DNA of 64,000 nt, from NCBI GenBank assembly GCA_012513605.1, contig JAAZBV010000037.1, positions 29,027-93,026 of the forward strand. Reading direction: 5' to 3'. Under the pieces are notes generated by a model. The model was not told the DNA's origin. It saw only the letters and a program-made list of their open reading frames with translations, and searched no databases. Within the stretch, counting starts at the first letter, position 1. Every line of letters begins with the position of its first letter. The position numbers were made by a program, and so were the translations under genes. The stretch is from Desulfatiglans sp. GTDB lineage: Bacteria > Desulfobacterota > DSM-4660 > Desulfatiglandales > HGW-15. Below are positions 37,789-45,243 of this stretch, one piece after another.

Positions 37789-38727
37789 ATGGATATAGCA
37801 AAAATTATTTTAAAGGGTCTGTTCCTGGTACTTCTACTACCTTCGGTATTAGTAGCTGATGTACTGGATGATGAACTCCCTGCAAATACCCCTGTTCAGA
37901 TAAAAGAGAGGGCAAGGGAGGTTATCAACCTTGGGGTTGAAAACCAGGGGGTTATGAAGATGACTAAAGCAATGGTTCAAAACAAATTTACTGAACAGCA
38001 GATGGTCAGGGCCTATGATATTATTGGAGAGGCCAAAAAAAACGGGGTTCCTGTCGAACCTGTAATGAACAAACTGCATGAGGGTATAGTAAAGCGTGTA
38101 CAGAGCCAGAACATCATCATGGCAATGGAAAAGGTTAGTAAAAGATATCAGAGCGCAGCCCAGTATGCATACAGCATGAGTGACAGTGAAGAAGAGACTG
38201 ATGCGCTGACAGGAGATATTGCTGAATCACTTGCTGCCGGTATGACAGACAATGATATAGAAATGATAGGCGAGATGCTGGATCAGGCTCAGATTCAACC
38301 AAAAGAAAAATCACCGCTTAAAATGCAGACCCTTGCTACAGTAAAGACTATGACGCGTACAGGTGCAGGGTCAACATCGGTTGTAAATACTATAAGGGCA
38401 GCCCTTAAAAAGGGTTATGATCAGGGTAAAATGAAGGGTCTTGAAAAGGCATTTGTCAATCAGGTAAGAGGGAATCATAACCCTTCAGATATAGCTGAGG
38501 CCTTGACCAGAGGGATAAAGGCGGGTGTATCACTGGATGAAATGGGTCGGCAGGGCTATATGAATTCTGCCGGATCAGCAGGCGCTGGCGGTTATGGGAC
38601 TGGTTATGGGGCAGGTAATGGAGCGGGCATGGGCGGCGCAGGAGGCATATCCGGCGGTTCCGGTTCCGGAGGCATGGGCGGTTCAGGACATGGTTCTGGC
38701 GGAGGTGGCGGTAGAGGTGGAAGATAG
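37789..38727 (+). CDS. Secreted helical protein with C-terminal glycine-rich tail
   Basis: Start at ATG 37789 (MDIAKIILKGLFLVLLLPSVLVA signal). Ends GSAGAGGYGTGYGAGNGAGMGGAGGISGGSGSGGMGGSGHGSGGGGGRGGR. No family recognised. Confidence 0.6.
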   Translation: MDIAKIILKGLFLVLLLPSVLVADVLDDELPANTPVQIKERAREVINLGVENQGVMKMTKAMVQNKFTEQQMVRAYDIIGEAKKNGVPVEPVMNKLHEGIVKRVQSQNIIMAMEKVSKRYQSAAQYAYSMSDSEEETDALTGDIAESLAAGMTDNDIEMIGEMLDQAQIQPKEKSPLKMQTLATVKTMTRTGAGSTSVVNTIRAALKKGYDQGKMKGLEKAFVNQVRGNHNPSDIAEALTRGIKAGVSLDEMGRQGYMNSAGSAGAGGYGTGYGAGNGAGMGGAGGISGGSGSGGMGGSGHGSGGGGGRGGR

Positions 38728-38862
38728 AGAAATCTATAGATATCGTGATTAATATGCCGCCCAGATGTGGCTGATATATTAATAGAAAACATACCATCAA
38801 AAAAATAAAGCCCCGTGGGAGCGGCATTTATTCAAGTGAATAAAACAATGGTGGAAATAACT

Positions 38863-38890
38863 GTAGGGGCGAATAATTATTCGCCCCTAC
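38863..38890. repeat. Perfect 28-bp palindrome gtaggggcgaataattattcgcccctac
   Basis: Read directly. Lies between convergent genes. Same family as 52047, 52100 and 60931. Confidence 0.8.
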
Positions 38891-38955
38891 AAATGTTCTA
38901 TAACCTGGTCTTTAGATTTATTTCACAATATTTTGAACAGTAATGAACTAAAAAA

Positions 38956-39120
38956 TCAATTCCCACCTGGCCCTGGTGATGGGGGAGATGGATATCCGCT
39001 CCCATCAGGTATACCGTCACCGGAGTTGGGTGCAGGCCCCGGCCCGTTTCCTGCATTGGCAGGTGTAAAGGCAAAAATCGTAAACATTGAAATTACAAAA
39101 ACCATAATCATCTTTTTCAT
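38956..39120 (-). CDS. Small secreted Gly/Pro-rich peptide (54 aa), below the ORF-track size cutoff
   Basis: Manual translation: MKKMIMVFVISMFTIFAFTPANA|GNGPGPAPNSGDGIPDGSGYPSPPSPGPGGN. A strong GGAGGAG lies 4 nt upstream of ATG 39120. The plus-strand ORF 38933..39178 is its shadow. Confidence 0.65.
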   Translation of the reverse strand: MKKMIMVFVISMFTIFAFTPANAGNGPGPAPNSGDGIPDGSGYPSPPSPGPGGN

Positions 39121-39214
39121 TTTGCTCCTCCATTATAAGTTATTAATAAAAGCCAGGAGTATCTCCTGGCCATTTTGATGAATCGTTGTAATATAAGCTG
39201 ACAAGAGTAAGCCG

Positions 39215-39475
39215 CTATTTACAAGATCCATCGCGTTTCTGTATCCTGTCCCTGGTCATATCCCCTGTACCGCTTTTTACTGCTGTGCCCTTGTTTGTAT
39301 TAAGGCGTGACTGTGTCCGTATCTTTGTCTGGCTCTTAATCTGACTCTGGGTAACAGCCCCTTTACCCATTGACCCGGAATACATTTTCCCATTTCCACC
39401 CTTTCCGCCTGCAAAGACAAAAGAAGAAAACATAAAAACTGCTGCTGTTGAAAATACCAATAATTTTTTCGTCAT
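39215..39475 (-). CDS. Small secreted Gly/Lys/Thr-rich protein (86 aa)
   Basis: Start at ATG 39475, preceded by AGGAGG. MTKKLLVFSTAAVFMFSSFVFA|GGKGGNGKMYSGSMGKG...TRDRIQKRDGSCK. The ORF-track start at 39658 is an extension lacking an RBS. Confidence 0.6.
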   Translation of the reverse strand: MTKKLLVFSTAAVFMFSSFVFAGGKGGNGKMYSGSMGKGAVTQSQIKSQTKIRTQSRLNTNKGTAVKSGTGDMTRDRIQKRDGSCK

Positions 39476-39709
39476 TTTTAGACCTCCTTGATCTCTATTC
39501 GGCACAGGATATTTGTCTGTACCTGTAAAAGCTTTATTCTGGCTATATAACGAATGAAGTTCTGAAAGGTTACAGACTTTTTCTGGGTCGAACCTGATGG
39601 ATGATTTTAGTTTAATTTTCTTGACACATATTAACACCCGGCCTATGTTCATAACCATATTATCGGTGTTCCTATCACAGAATAAATAAAATCAAATCAG
39701 GAGGGTTAC

Positions 39710-40588
39710 ATGATGAAAAGGGTACAGAAATGGGCCATTGTAGCAGGTTTGTTTATGACTATTGGGTTCAGCGCTTCTTATGCCTCTGCTCAAACCGAAT
39801 GCACACGGGATAATTTAAAGGCCATCACAGGCCAGTTTTTAGCATCCATTGAATCGCACAAACCAGCGGACGCTCCCCTTGCCTCAAATGCAAGGTATAC
39901 AGAAAACGGCTTAGATGTGGCAACAGGCAAGGGCACATGGGAGACAGCAGGAAAGGTGATCTTTAAACGAACAATGGTGGATACCAAAAAATGTGGTACA
40001 CACACCCAGACTATTATCGAGGAAAACGGCAAGCAGATCCTTTATGGTATAAGGCTCAAGGTGGAAAAAGGCAAGATATCAGAGATAGAGGCCATTGTTG
40101 TGAGAGGCAAAGAGGTACTTGATACCAAGGCCATAATGGATACAGTAAATCAGGACTGGGAAGACCCCCTTCCGCCCCAGCAGCGCAGCTCCCGCCTCGC
40201 AATGATAGCGGTAGCAGATGATTATTTTGAACTGTTCGTAAAGGATAAAAAGCGTGTGGTATCTGACCTGGCCTATTCAGGCTTCTGTGACAGATGGGAG
40301 AACGGCGCAATAACAACAAAGGGTGGCATGAACCAGAATGTTATAATGCCCAAGCATGACTGCTCACCAGAGGGTTTTGCCGACATGACCGAAACCCATG
40401 GCAAGAGACGCTTTCTTGTGGATGAGGAGACAGGTGTTGTTGTTGCCTATATGCTCTTTAATAATTCATGGCCTGATTTCCATATGTTCAAAATTAATAA
40501 TGGCCTTGTTGTATGGATCCAGGCATATTTTGAATACAGCAAGACATATAAGACCATGGGTTGGCCTGATGAGCCTGCGTGCGAATAA
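39710..40588 (+). CDS. Secreted hypothetical protein
   Basis: 292 aa. Signal peptide MMKRVQKWAIVAGLFMTIGFSASYASA, with a CAGGAGGG RBS. No family recognised. Confidence 0.6.
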   Translation: MMKRVQKWAIVAGLFMTIGFSASYASAQTECTRDNLKAITGQFLASIESHKPADAPLASNARYTENGLDVATGKGTWETAGKVIFKRTMVDTKKCGTHTQTIIEENGKQILYGIRLKVEKGKISEIEAIVVRGKEVLDTKAIMDTVNQDWEDPLPPQQRSSRLAMIAVADDYFELFVKDKKRVVSDLAYSGFCDRWENGAITTKGGMNQNVIMPKHDCSPEGFADMTETHGKRRFLVDEETGVVVAYMLFNNSWPDFHMFKINNGLVVWIQAYFEYSKTYKTMGWPDEPACE

Positions 40589-40709
40589 TTAAGATGGTCG
40601 GGGATAAACCCCAATGTTGTTGGATTAAAATTATTGATCGTCATTCCCCGACTTAATCCTGTTTAAAGCGGATGTTGACATTTTACACGTTTTTAGGGAG
40701 CAATAAAAA

Positions 40710-41048
40710 ATGAAAGTAAAGGTTGAGTTTACCGCTACACTGCCCATTAAAATATTAAAAATAAAGAAATGGCATGTTGCTTCATGCCCTATTCTGGATG
40801 TTTTTTCACAAGGTGACACAGAAAAAATTGCCAAAAAGAACCTTTCAGAAGCTCTATCTTTATTTTTCAGGTCTTGCTTTGAAAGAGGCACACTTGATGC
40901 TGTTTTAAAACAATGTGGTTTCAGTGTTACAGAACCCGAAAACTCCCAAATAGAACAGAAAAGCAGTATTGTAGATAGAGAGGATTACATAAATATACCG
41001 ATACCCTTTCTTGTTACTCAAAACCCACAAGCAGAATGTCACGTATAA
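40710..41048 (+). CDS. hicB: HicB-family antitoxin
   Basis: KKWHVASCPILDVFSQGDTEKIAKKNLSEALSLFF matches the UPF0150/HicB N-terminal fold pattern. Overlaps the hicA-like gene by 13 nt. Confidence 0.7.
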   Translation: MKVKVEFTATLPIKILKIKKWHVASCPILDVFSQGDTEKIAKKNLSEALSLFFRSCFERGTLDAVLKQCGFSVTEPENSQIEQKSSIVDREDYINIPIPFLVTQNPQAECHV

Positions 41049-41236
41049 CACCAGTAAAATGGAAAACCCTTGAATGTATTTTTTTAAAAGATGGTTTTCT
41101 ATTTGAAAGACAAGAAGGTGACCACCGTTCCTATTCTAAGAAAAATGTATTAAGACCGATTGTCATTCCTTCATATAACGAAATTGATGTTGATATAATT
41201 AAAAGCAATATGAGAACAGCCGGAATGACAAGATAA
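41036..41236 (+). CDS. hicA: HicA-family mRNA interferase toxin
   Basis: 66 aa. VKWKTLECIFLKDGFLFERQEGDHRSY resembles the YcfA/HicA motif (W..l...L...GF...rq.GSH). Confidence 0.7.
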   Translation: MSRITPVKWKTLECIFLKDGFLFERQEGDHRSYSKKNVLRPIVIPSYNEIDVDIIKSNMRTAGMTR

Positions 41237-41454
41237 CGATACTTTGAATTATTAATAAAATGTAGATGATTCTTGTATCTTTTTTATACCTTTAAACAAG
41301 CCTATCTGCACCCCTTTTAAACTATTTCCTGAATAAAGGGTATCAATCGGGTAACAGCCTAATAATCTGCTTAATACTGGAATATAACTTTCTGCTTACT
41401 TTTCTTACTTAATGATTTTTAAACTGCTTACTATGTGCTTACTTTTAGATTCAG

Positions 41455-41494
41455 GGAAATAAAAAAGGGTTAAAGCAAAAATGCTGAAACCCTT
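41455..41494 (-). terminator. Terminator-like hairpin downstream of tRNA-Leu
   Basis: The minus strand reads aagggtt-tcagcatttttgcttt-aaccctt followed by ttttttatttcc, starting 8 nt after the tRNA 3' end. Confidence 0.5.
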
Positions 41495-41501
41495 GTCTTT
41501 A

Positions 41502-41589
41502 TGGTGCCTAGGACGAGACTTGAACTCGTACGGGACTAGGTCCCGAGGGATTTTAAGTCCCTTGCGTCTACCAATTCCGCCACCCAGGC
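41502..41589 (-). tRNA. tRNA-Leu (anticodon UAA), class II with long variable arm, CCA encoded
   Basis: The reverse complement GCCTGGGTGGCGGAATTGGTAGACGCAAGGGACTTAAAATCCCTCGGGACCTAGTCCCGTACGAGTTCAAGTCTCGTCCTAGGCACCA folds into a cloverleaf. Acceptor GCCTGGG/CCTAGGC, anticodon loop CTTAAAA, variable arm GGGAC-cta-GTCCC, T arm ACGAG-TTCAAGT-CTCGT. Confidence 0.95.
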
Positions 41590-41663
41590 AATTATAAAGG
41601 GCTTTTTTAATAATATGATGGAGTTATGTCAAGCTATATTTGATATCGTCTAAATTCTTTTCA

Positions 41664-41731
41664 TCTTTGAACATTGAATCTTAGATCTTTGAGCTTTCAC
41701 CTTTGAGCTTTCAGCTTTGAGCCTTGAGCTT
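41664..41731. repeat. Degenerate tandem repeat (ctttgagctttca units)
   Basis: tctttgaacattgaatcttagatctttgagctttcacctttgagctttcagctttgagccttgagctt, read directly. Confidence 0.55.
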
Positions 41732-42791
41732 ATCTTAAATACACCGGGTTGGTAAATATCCAGGGCCGCCATCCGAAAACAGAGACATACTTATAGACCT
41801 CCACCCTGTAGACACCCTTTTCCTTTACACGGTATACCGCCTCCATGCCACGATGTTTATAAACCGTTTCACCATTCCTTATAACCCTTATCTCTCCCTT
41901 TGATGGGAGTTCAATGACAAGGTTTCCCGTGCTCCTGAATTTATCTTCCTCACCCATCAGGAGGTCTGAGCCATCATCAGACAAAAGATAGAATTTAAAA
42001 CCCCTTGCAGGGGCCAGCCTGTCATTAGCAATAAATAGCCGCCCTGCCTTCATGGCGTCATATATATCGGTCTTTGCAGCGTTAAAATCCTTATAAAAAC
42101 GTTTTTTAAGAAATATATGGATATTAATGGAATTAAGCAGAAACCCATATGAGAGAAATGTTGCCCTGACAAACCAGAGTTTAAACACGGTCCCGTGTGC
42201 ATCAGACCCGCCAACAGCAACAACCTTTCTATTCTGGCAGAGTTTATCCCAGTAGCTTAAAGTTTCACGGCTTGGCCCTTTAAGGGCCAGTACCTTGAAA
42301 CAGATATGAAACAGGCCATGGAATACAGATTTTATACGCTCCTTCCATCTTGATGAAAAATTCCAGATACATATGCCGGTAAAACCTGTCACTGAAAGGT
42401 CATGCCACCTGTAGGCAATGGATTTTTCCATGAAGGGCATGCCCTTTTCAAAGGGGTGTGCCATAAAACCGAAACCTCCCTGTTCATTTACCATGTCTAT
42501 CACCTTCTGGGGAGATGCATCTTCATTATCAGGTATGGCCTTTATGTCATATGCAAGGTAATGGTGGCTATCTTTACCTATCTCAGCCCCTATAAGAAGA
42601 GCAAATGGCCCGGTTCCATAGAGCCCCTCATCATCAAGACTGAAATTCTCATTCATATGACCGTGATCATTGAAACAGATAAAATCGATCCCGTTTCTGG
42701 CTGCCTTTTCAGCTATTTCAGTATAACTGCCCCTGCCATCAGAATGGCTTGAGTGAACATGTATGTTACCCACATACTCATGATTGAACAT
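41730..42791 (-). CDS. PHP-domain metallohydrolase (CehA/McbA-like)
   Basis: GNIHVHSSHSDGRGSYTEIAEKAARNGIDFICFNDH (PHP motif I/II) and a later GGSDAHG. 353 aa. Confidence 0.75.
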   Translation of the reverse strand: MFNHEYVGNIHVHSSHSDGRGSYTEIAEKAARNGIDFICFNDHGHMNENFSLDDEGLYGTGPFALLIGAEIGKDSHHYLAYDIKAIPDNEDASPQKVIDMVNEQGGFGFMAHPFEKGMPFMEKSIAYRWHDLSVTGFTGICIWNFSSRWKERIKSVFHGLFHICFKVLALKGPSRETLSYWDKLCQNRKVVAVGGSDAHGTVFKLWFVRATFLSYGFLLNSINIHIFLKKRFYKDFNAAKTDIYDAMKAGRLFIANDRLAPARGFKFYLLSDDGSDLLMGEEDKFRSTGNLVIELPSKGEIRVIRNGETVYKHRGMEAVYRVKEKGVYRVEVYKYVSVFGWRPWIFTNPVYLR

Positions 42792-42809
42792 AAGAAGATT
42801 CCCCGGATC

Positions 42810-44504
42810 CTATTCAAATTTCTTAAGCGCCTCAATTCCCATTTTCATGGGTTTATATATAGTAAATAGAGTTATTGCAATCACAAGAATAAATGAGCCT
42901 GAAATCATTACCCATTCCCCGGATGTAATTGACCTCTTGTAGAGATCCGCGCTGAAAAAGATGTATACAGGCCCTGCCTCAAGCATGATGATAACAGACA
43001 TGTAAATAGCGCTTAAAATCATGTAAACAAGCCCGCCGAAACCTGTTGAGACCTGTGTGATATTCTCATATTTGAATCTTGGATAGAGGGCGCCCAGGCC
43101 TATACCAAGAGATACAATGGCAAACACGCTGAAAAACATGGTGACCGAGGAGAGGATCATCATGAATGTTGAAACATCAAGAAGCCGGTTGGTTGCAATT
43201 ATGAGTATCTCACCCAGTGCAAGCATAGGGAAAATATAGATAAGGTATTTTCCTACAAGGAATCTTTTTATGGAGAGAGGCGATTTTCGTATGATCCAGA
43301 AAGAGCTCCCCTCAGCACTCACAGCAGGGAACACAAACCTTACAGATATGGATGCAAGCACAAAACTGGCTAAGCCAAGGTTTAAAAAGGCCACTGTGTT
43401 TTGCAGAAAGTCGAGCCTTATGGCGCTTCTTTCAAGGGGGAGGACACTGAAATTATACAGATAGACCGCAACAAGGGCACCAAGGAGCAAAAGCTGAGAC
43501 CACTGGGTATTGTCCCTGAAAAATATACGCACATCCTTCTCAAGTATCGCCCCGGTATCATCTCCCATTGGTTTTTTCATCACCCTTACAGCCATATCAA
43601 GAAACCCCTTCCCGGCCCTTCTCCTCTTTGCCTCCTGTGATTTTGAGAAACCGTTAAAATAGACTGAACCTGCAACCCATATATTGATCACCATAAGTGC
43701 AAGGGCTGTTGACCATAGCAGCATTATATTAAAAAGGTTACTCTCTCCTGCCCTGCGGCTTATATGGCTCCATAGCACATCGGTGATCCAGTTTGTGGGC
43801 AGAAACGGGTGGTCAGGGGCCTCAAGCACACTCACATACTGCATTATGCTGAAAAAGGCATCAGGGTCAACCAACCGCTCAGGTCTGATGAGCCTGAACA
43901 TCAGGTAAAGGGTTATTACAGCAAAGACCATGAATATCATGATAATGTCCCTTGTCTTCTGGGCAGGGAATATGCTTACCATGATTACAGTAATAAAGAT
44001 ACCTGCTGCCGAGGCAATGATGGAGAGGGCTAGCCCCAGGTGAAACAGGTCAAAATAGAATAAAAATCCCGGTTTAAATACCCATCCATAGGCCATCATG
44101 ACAGGGAGCCCGAATATGATCACCATCCATGAACTGTCAAACAGGGTAAAGATCACCCTGCTGATAAAGACCTCTCCAAGGCTGGCAGGCGATGAGTGGC
44201 ACAGCTCAAGATCATTTGAAAGATAGAGATTGGAAAGTGAGGTAATGATATTGCTGAATACAAGCAGGCTGAAAAAGGTCAGAAAGACCATTGAAAGAAG
44301 ATAATTAGCCAGTATATCGCCTATGATCTCTGTTGATCTGAAATAGGAAAGCACCCGTGATGACAGCACAAACATGAGAGTCCAGAAAATAAGCCCCACT
44401 GCAAGCATAACAAGAGCCTTTTTCCTGGCACCAGGTTCTGCTGAGGAGATACTGTTCTTTAAAGCCAGTATCCTTACACTAAGAAGCAGAAAGAGATTTT
44501 TCAT
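42810..44504 (-). CDS. Polytopic membrane protein, putative ABC exporter permease
   Basis: 564 aa with more than 10 hydrophobic segments. Overlaps the upstream ABC ATPase gene by 26 nt. Confidence 0.65.
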   Translation of the reverse strand: MKNLFLLLSVRILALKNSISSAEPGARKKALVMLAVGLIFWTLMFVLSSRVLSYFRSTEIIGDILANYLLSMVFLTFFSLLVFSNIITSLSNLYLSNDLELCHSSPASLGEVFISRVIFTLFDSSWMVIIFGLPVMMAYGWVFKPGFLFYFDLFHLGLALSIIASAAGIFITVIMVSIFPAQKTRDIIMIFMVFAVITLYLMFRLIRPERLVDPDAFFSIMQYVSVLEAPDHPFLPTNWITDVLWSHISRRAGESNLFNIMLLWSTALALMVINIWVAGSVYFNGFSKSQEAKRRRAGKGFLDMAVRVMKKPMGDDTGAILEKDVRIFFRDNTQWSQLLLLGALVAVYLYNFSVLPLERSAIRLDFLQNTVAFLNLGLASFVLASISVRFVFPAVSAEGSSFWIIRKSPLSIKRFLVGKYLIYIFPMLALGEILIIATNRLLDVSTFMMILSSVTMFFSVFAIVSLGIGLGALYPRFKYENITQVSTGFGGLVYMILSAIYMSVIIMLEAGPVYIFFSADLYKRSITSGEWVMISGSFILVIAITLFTIYKPMKMGIEALKKFE

Positions 44505-45243
44505 GTGCGAGCATTGCCCCTTCTGTAAGTTTTAAAAATACATTCTCAAGGCTGCCGTCCACACCGGCCTTTCTTTTAAGCTCATCCGGGCTTCCAATAG
44601 CTATTATTTTACCAGACTGTATTATTGCCACCTCGTCACAGATTTCCTGGGCAATATCAAGTGAATGGGTAGAGACAAAGACAGTCTTGCCCCTGTCTGC
44701 CTCATTTCTGAATATATCCTTGACCAGCCTTGCGCCCCTTGGGTCAAGCCCTACCATGGGTTCATCAACTATCAGCACCTTCGGGTCATGCAGCAGGGCA
44801 GAACACATGACAAGCCTCTGTTTCATGCCATGTGAATAGCTCTCAACCAGTTCATCAGACCAGTGGCTTAGCTCAAAGATCTCAAGGAGTTCCATAATCC
44901 TCTTGTCAGGATCCATAACCCCTTTCAGGCCGTAAAGCCCCCCTATAAAGCGAAGGAACTCAATACCTGTGAGCTTTTCATATATGAATGGCCTGTCAGG
45001 TATAAAACCTGTTATCCTTTTTATCTCCTCCGGGTATTCGTTTAGATCCATATTATTGATGATGATCCTGCCCTCTGAAGGCTGTAGAATACCTGCCATC
45101 ATCCTCAGGGTGGTAGTTTTTCCTGCGCCGTTTGGCCCCAGGAATCCATAGATAATACCCTCCCGCACCTTGAGGCTGACATTGTCAACAGCCCTTAAAC
45201 CTTTGTACCTCTTTGTAAGGTTGGTAAGTTCAATTATATTCAA
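44479..45243 (-). CDS. ABC transporter ATP-binding protein
   Basis: Walker A GPNGAGKTT, signature-like SHGMKQRL, Walker B VLIVDEPMVGLD, H-loop STHS. Confidence 0.9.
   Translation of the reverse strand: MNIIELTNLTKRYKGLRAVDNVSLKVREGIIYGFLGPNGAGKTTTLRMMAGILQPSEGRIIINNMDLNEYPEEIKRITGFIPDRPFIYEKLTGIEFLRFIGGLYGLKGVMDPDKRIMELLEIFELSHWSDELVESYSHGMKQRLVMCSALLHDPKVLIVDEPMVGLDPRGARLVKDIFRNEADRGKTVFVSTHSLDIAQEICDEVAIIQSGKIIAIGSPDELKRKAGVDGSLENVFLKLTEGAMLAHEKSLSAS

Noticed and set aside
38933-39178. Plus-strand 81-aa ORF (MNSNELKNQFPPGPGDGGDGYPLPSG...).
   Set aside because: It has no RBS and a non-canonical start. The opposite strand encodes a 54-aa peptide with a GGAGGAG RBS and a clean signal peptide, so the plus-strand ORF is its mirror.
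38700-41589. Possible genomic island integrated at the 3' end of tRNA-Leu (hicBA, secreted hypothetical proteins).
   Set aside because: There is no integrase or recombinase, and I could not find a duplicated tRNA 3' segment (direct repeat of ggacgagacttgaac...) by eye. This is insufficient evidence for an island.
41664-41731. Tandem short repeats at 41664..41731 and 33155..33196, considered as a possible CRISPR or other array.
   Set aside because: Units are about 13-14 nt, degenerate and contiguous, with no unique spacers. No cas genes are present in the window.
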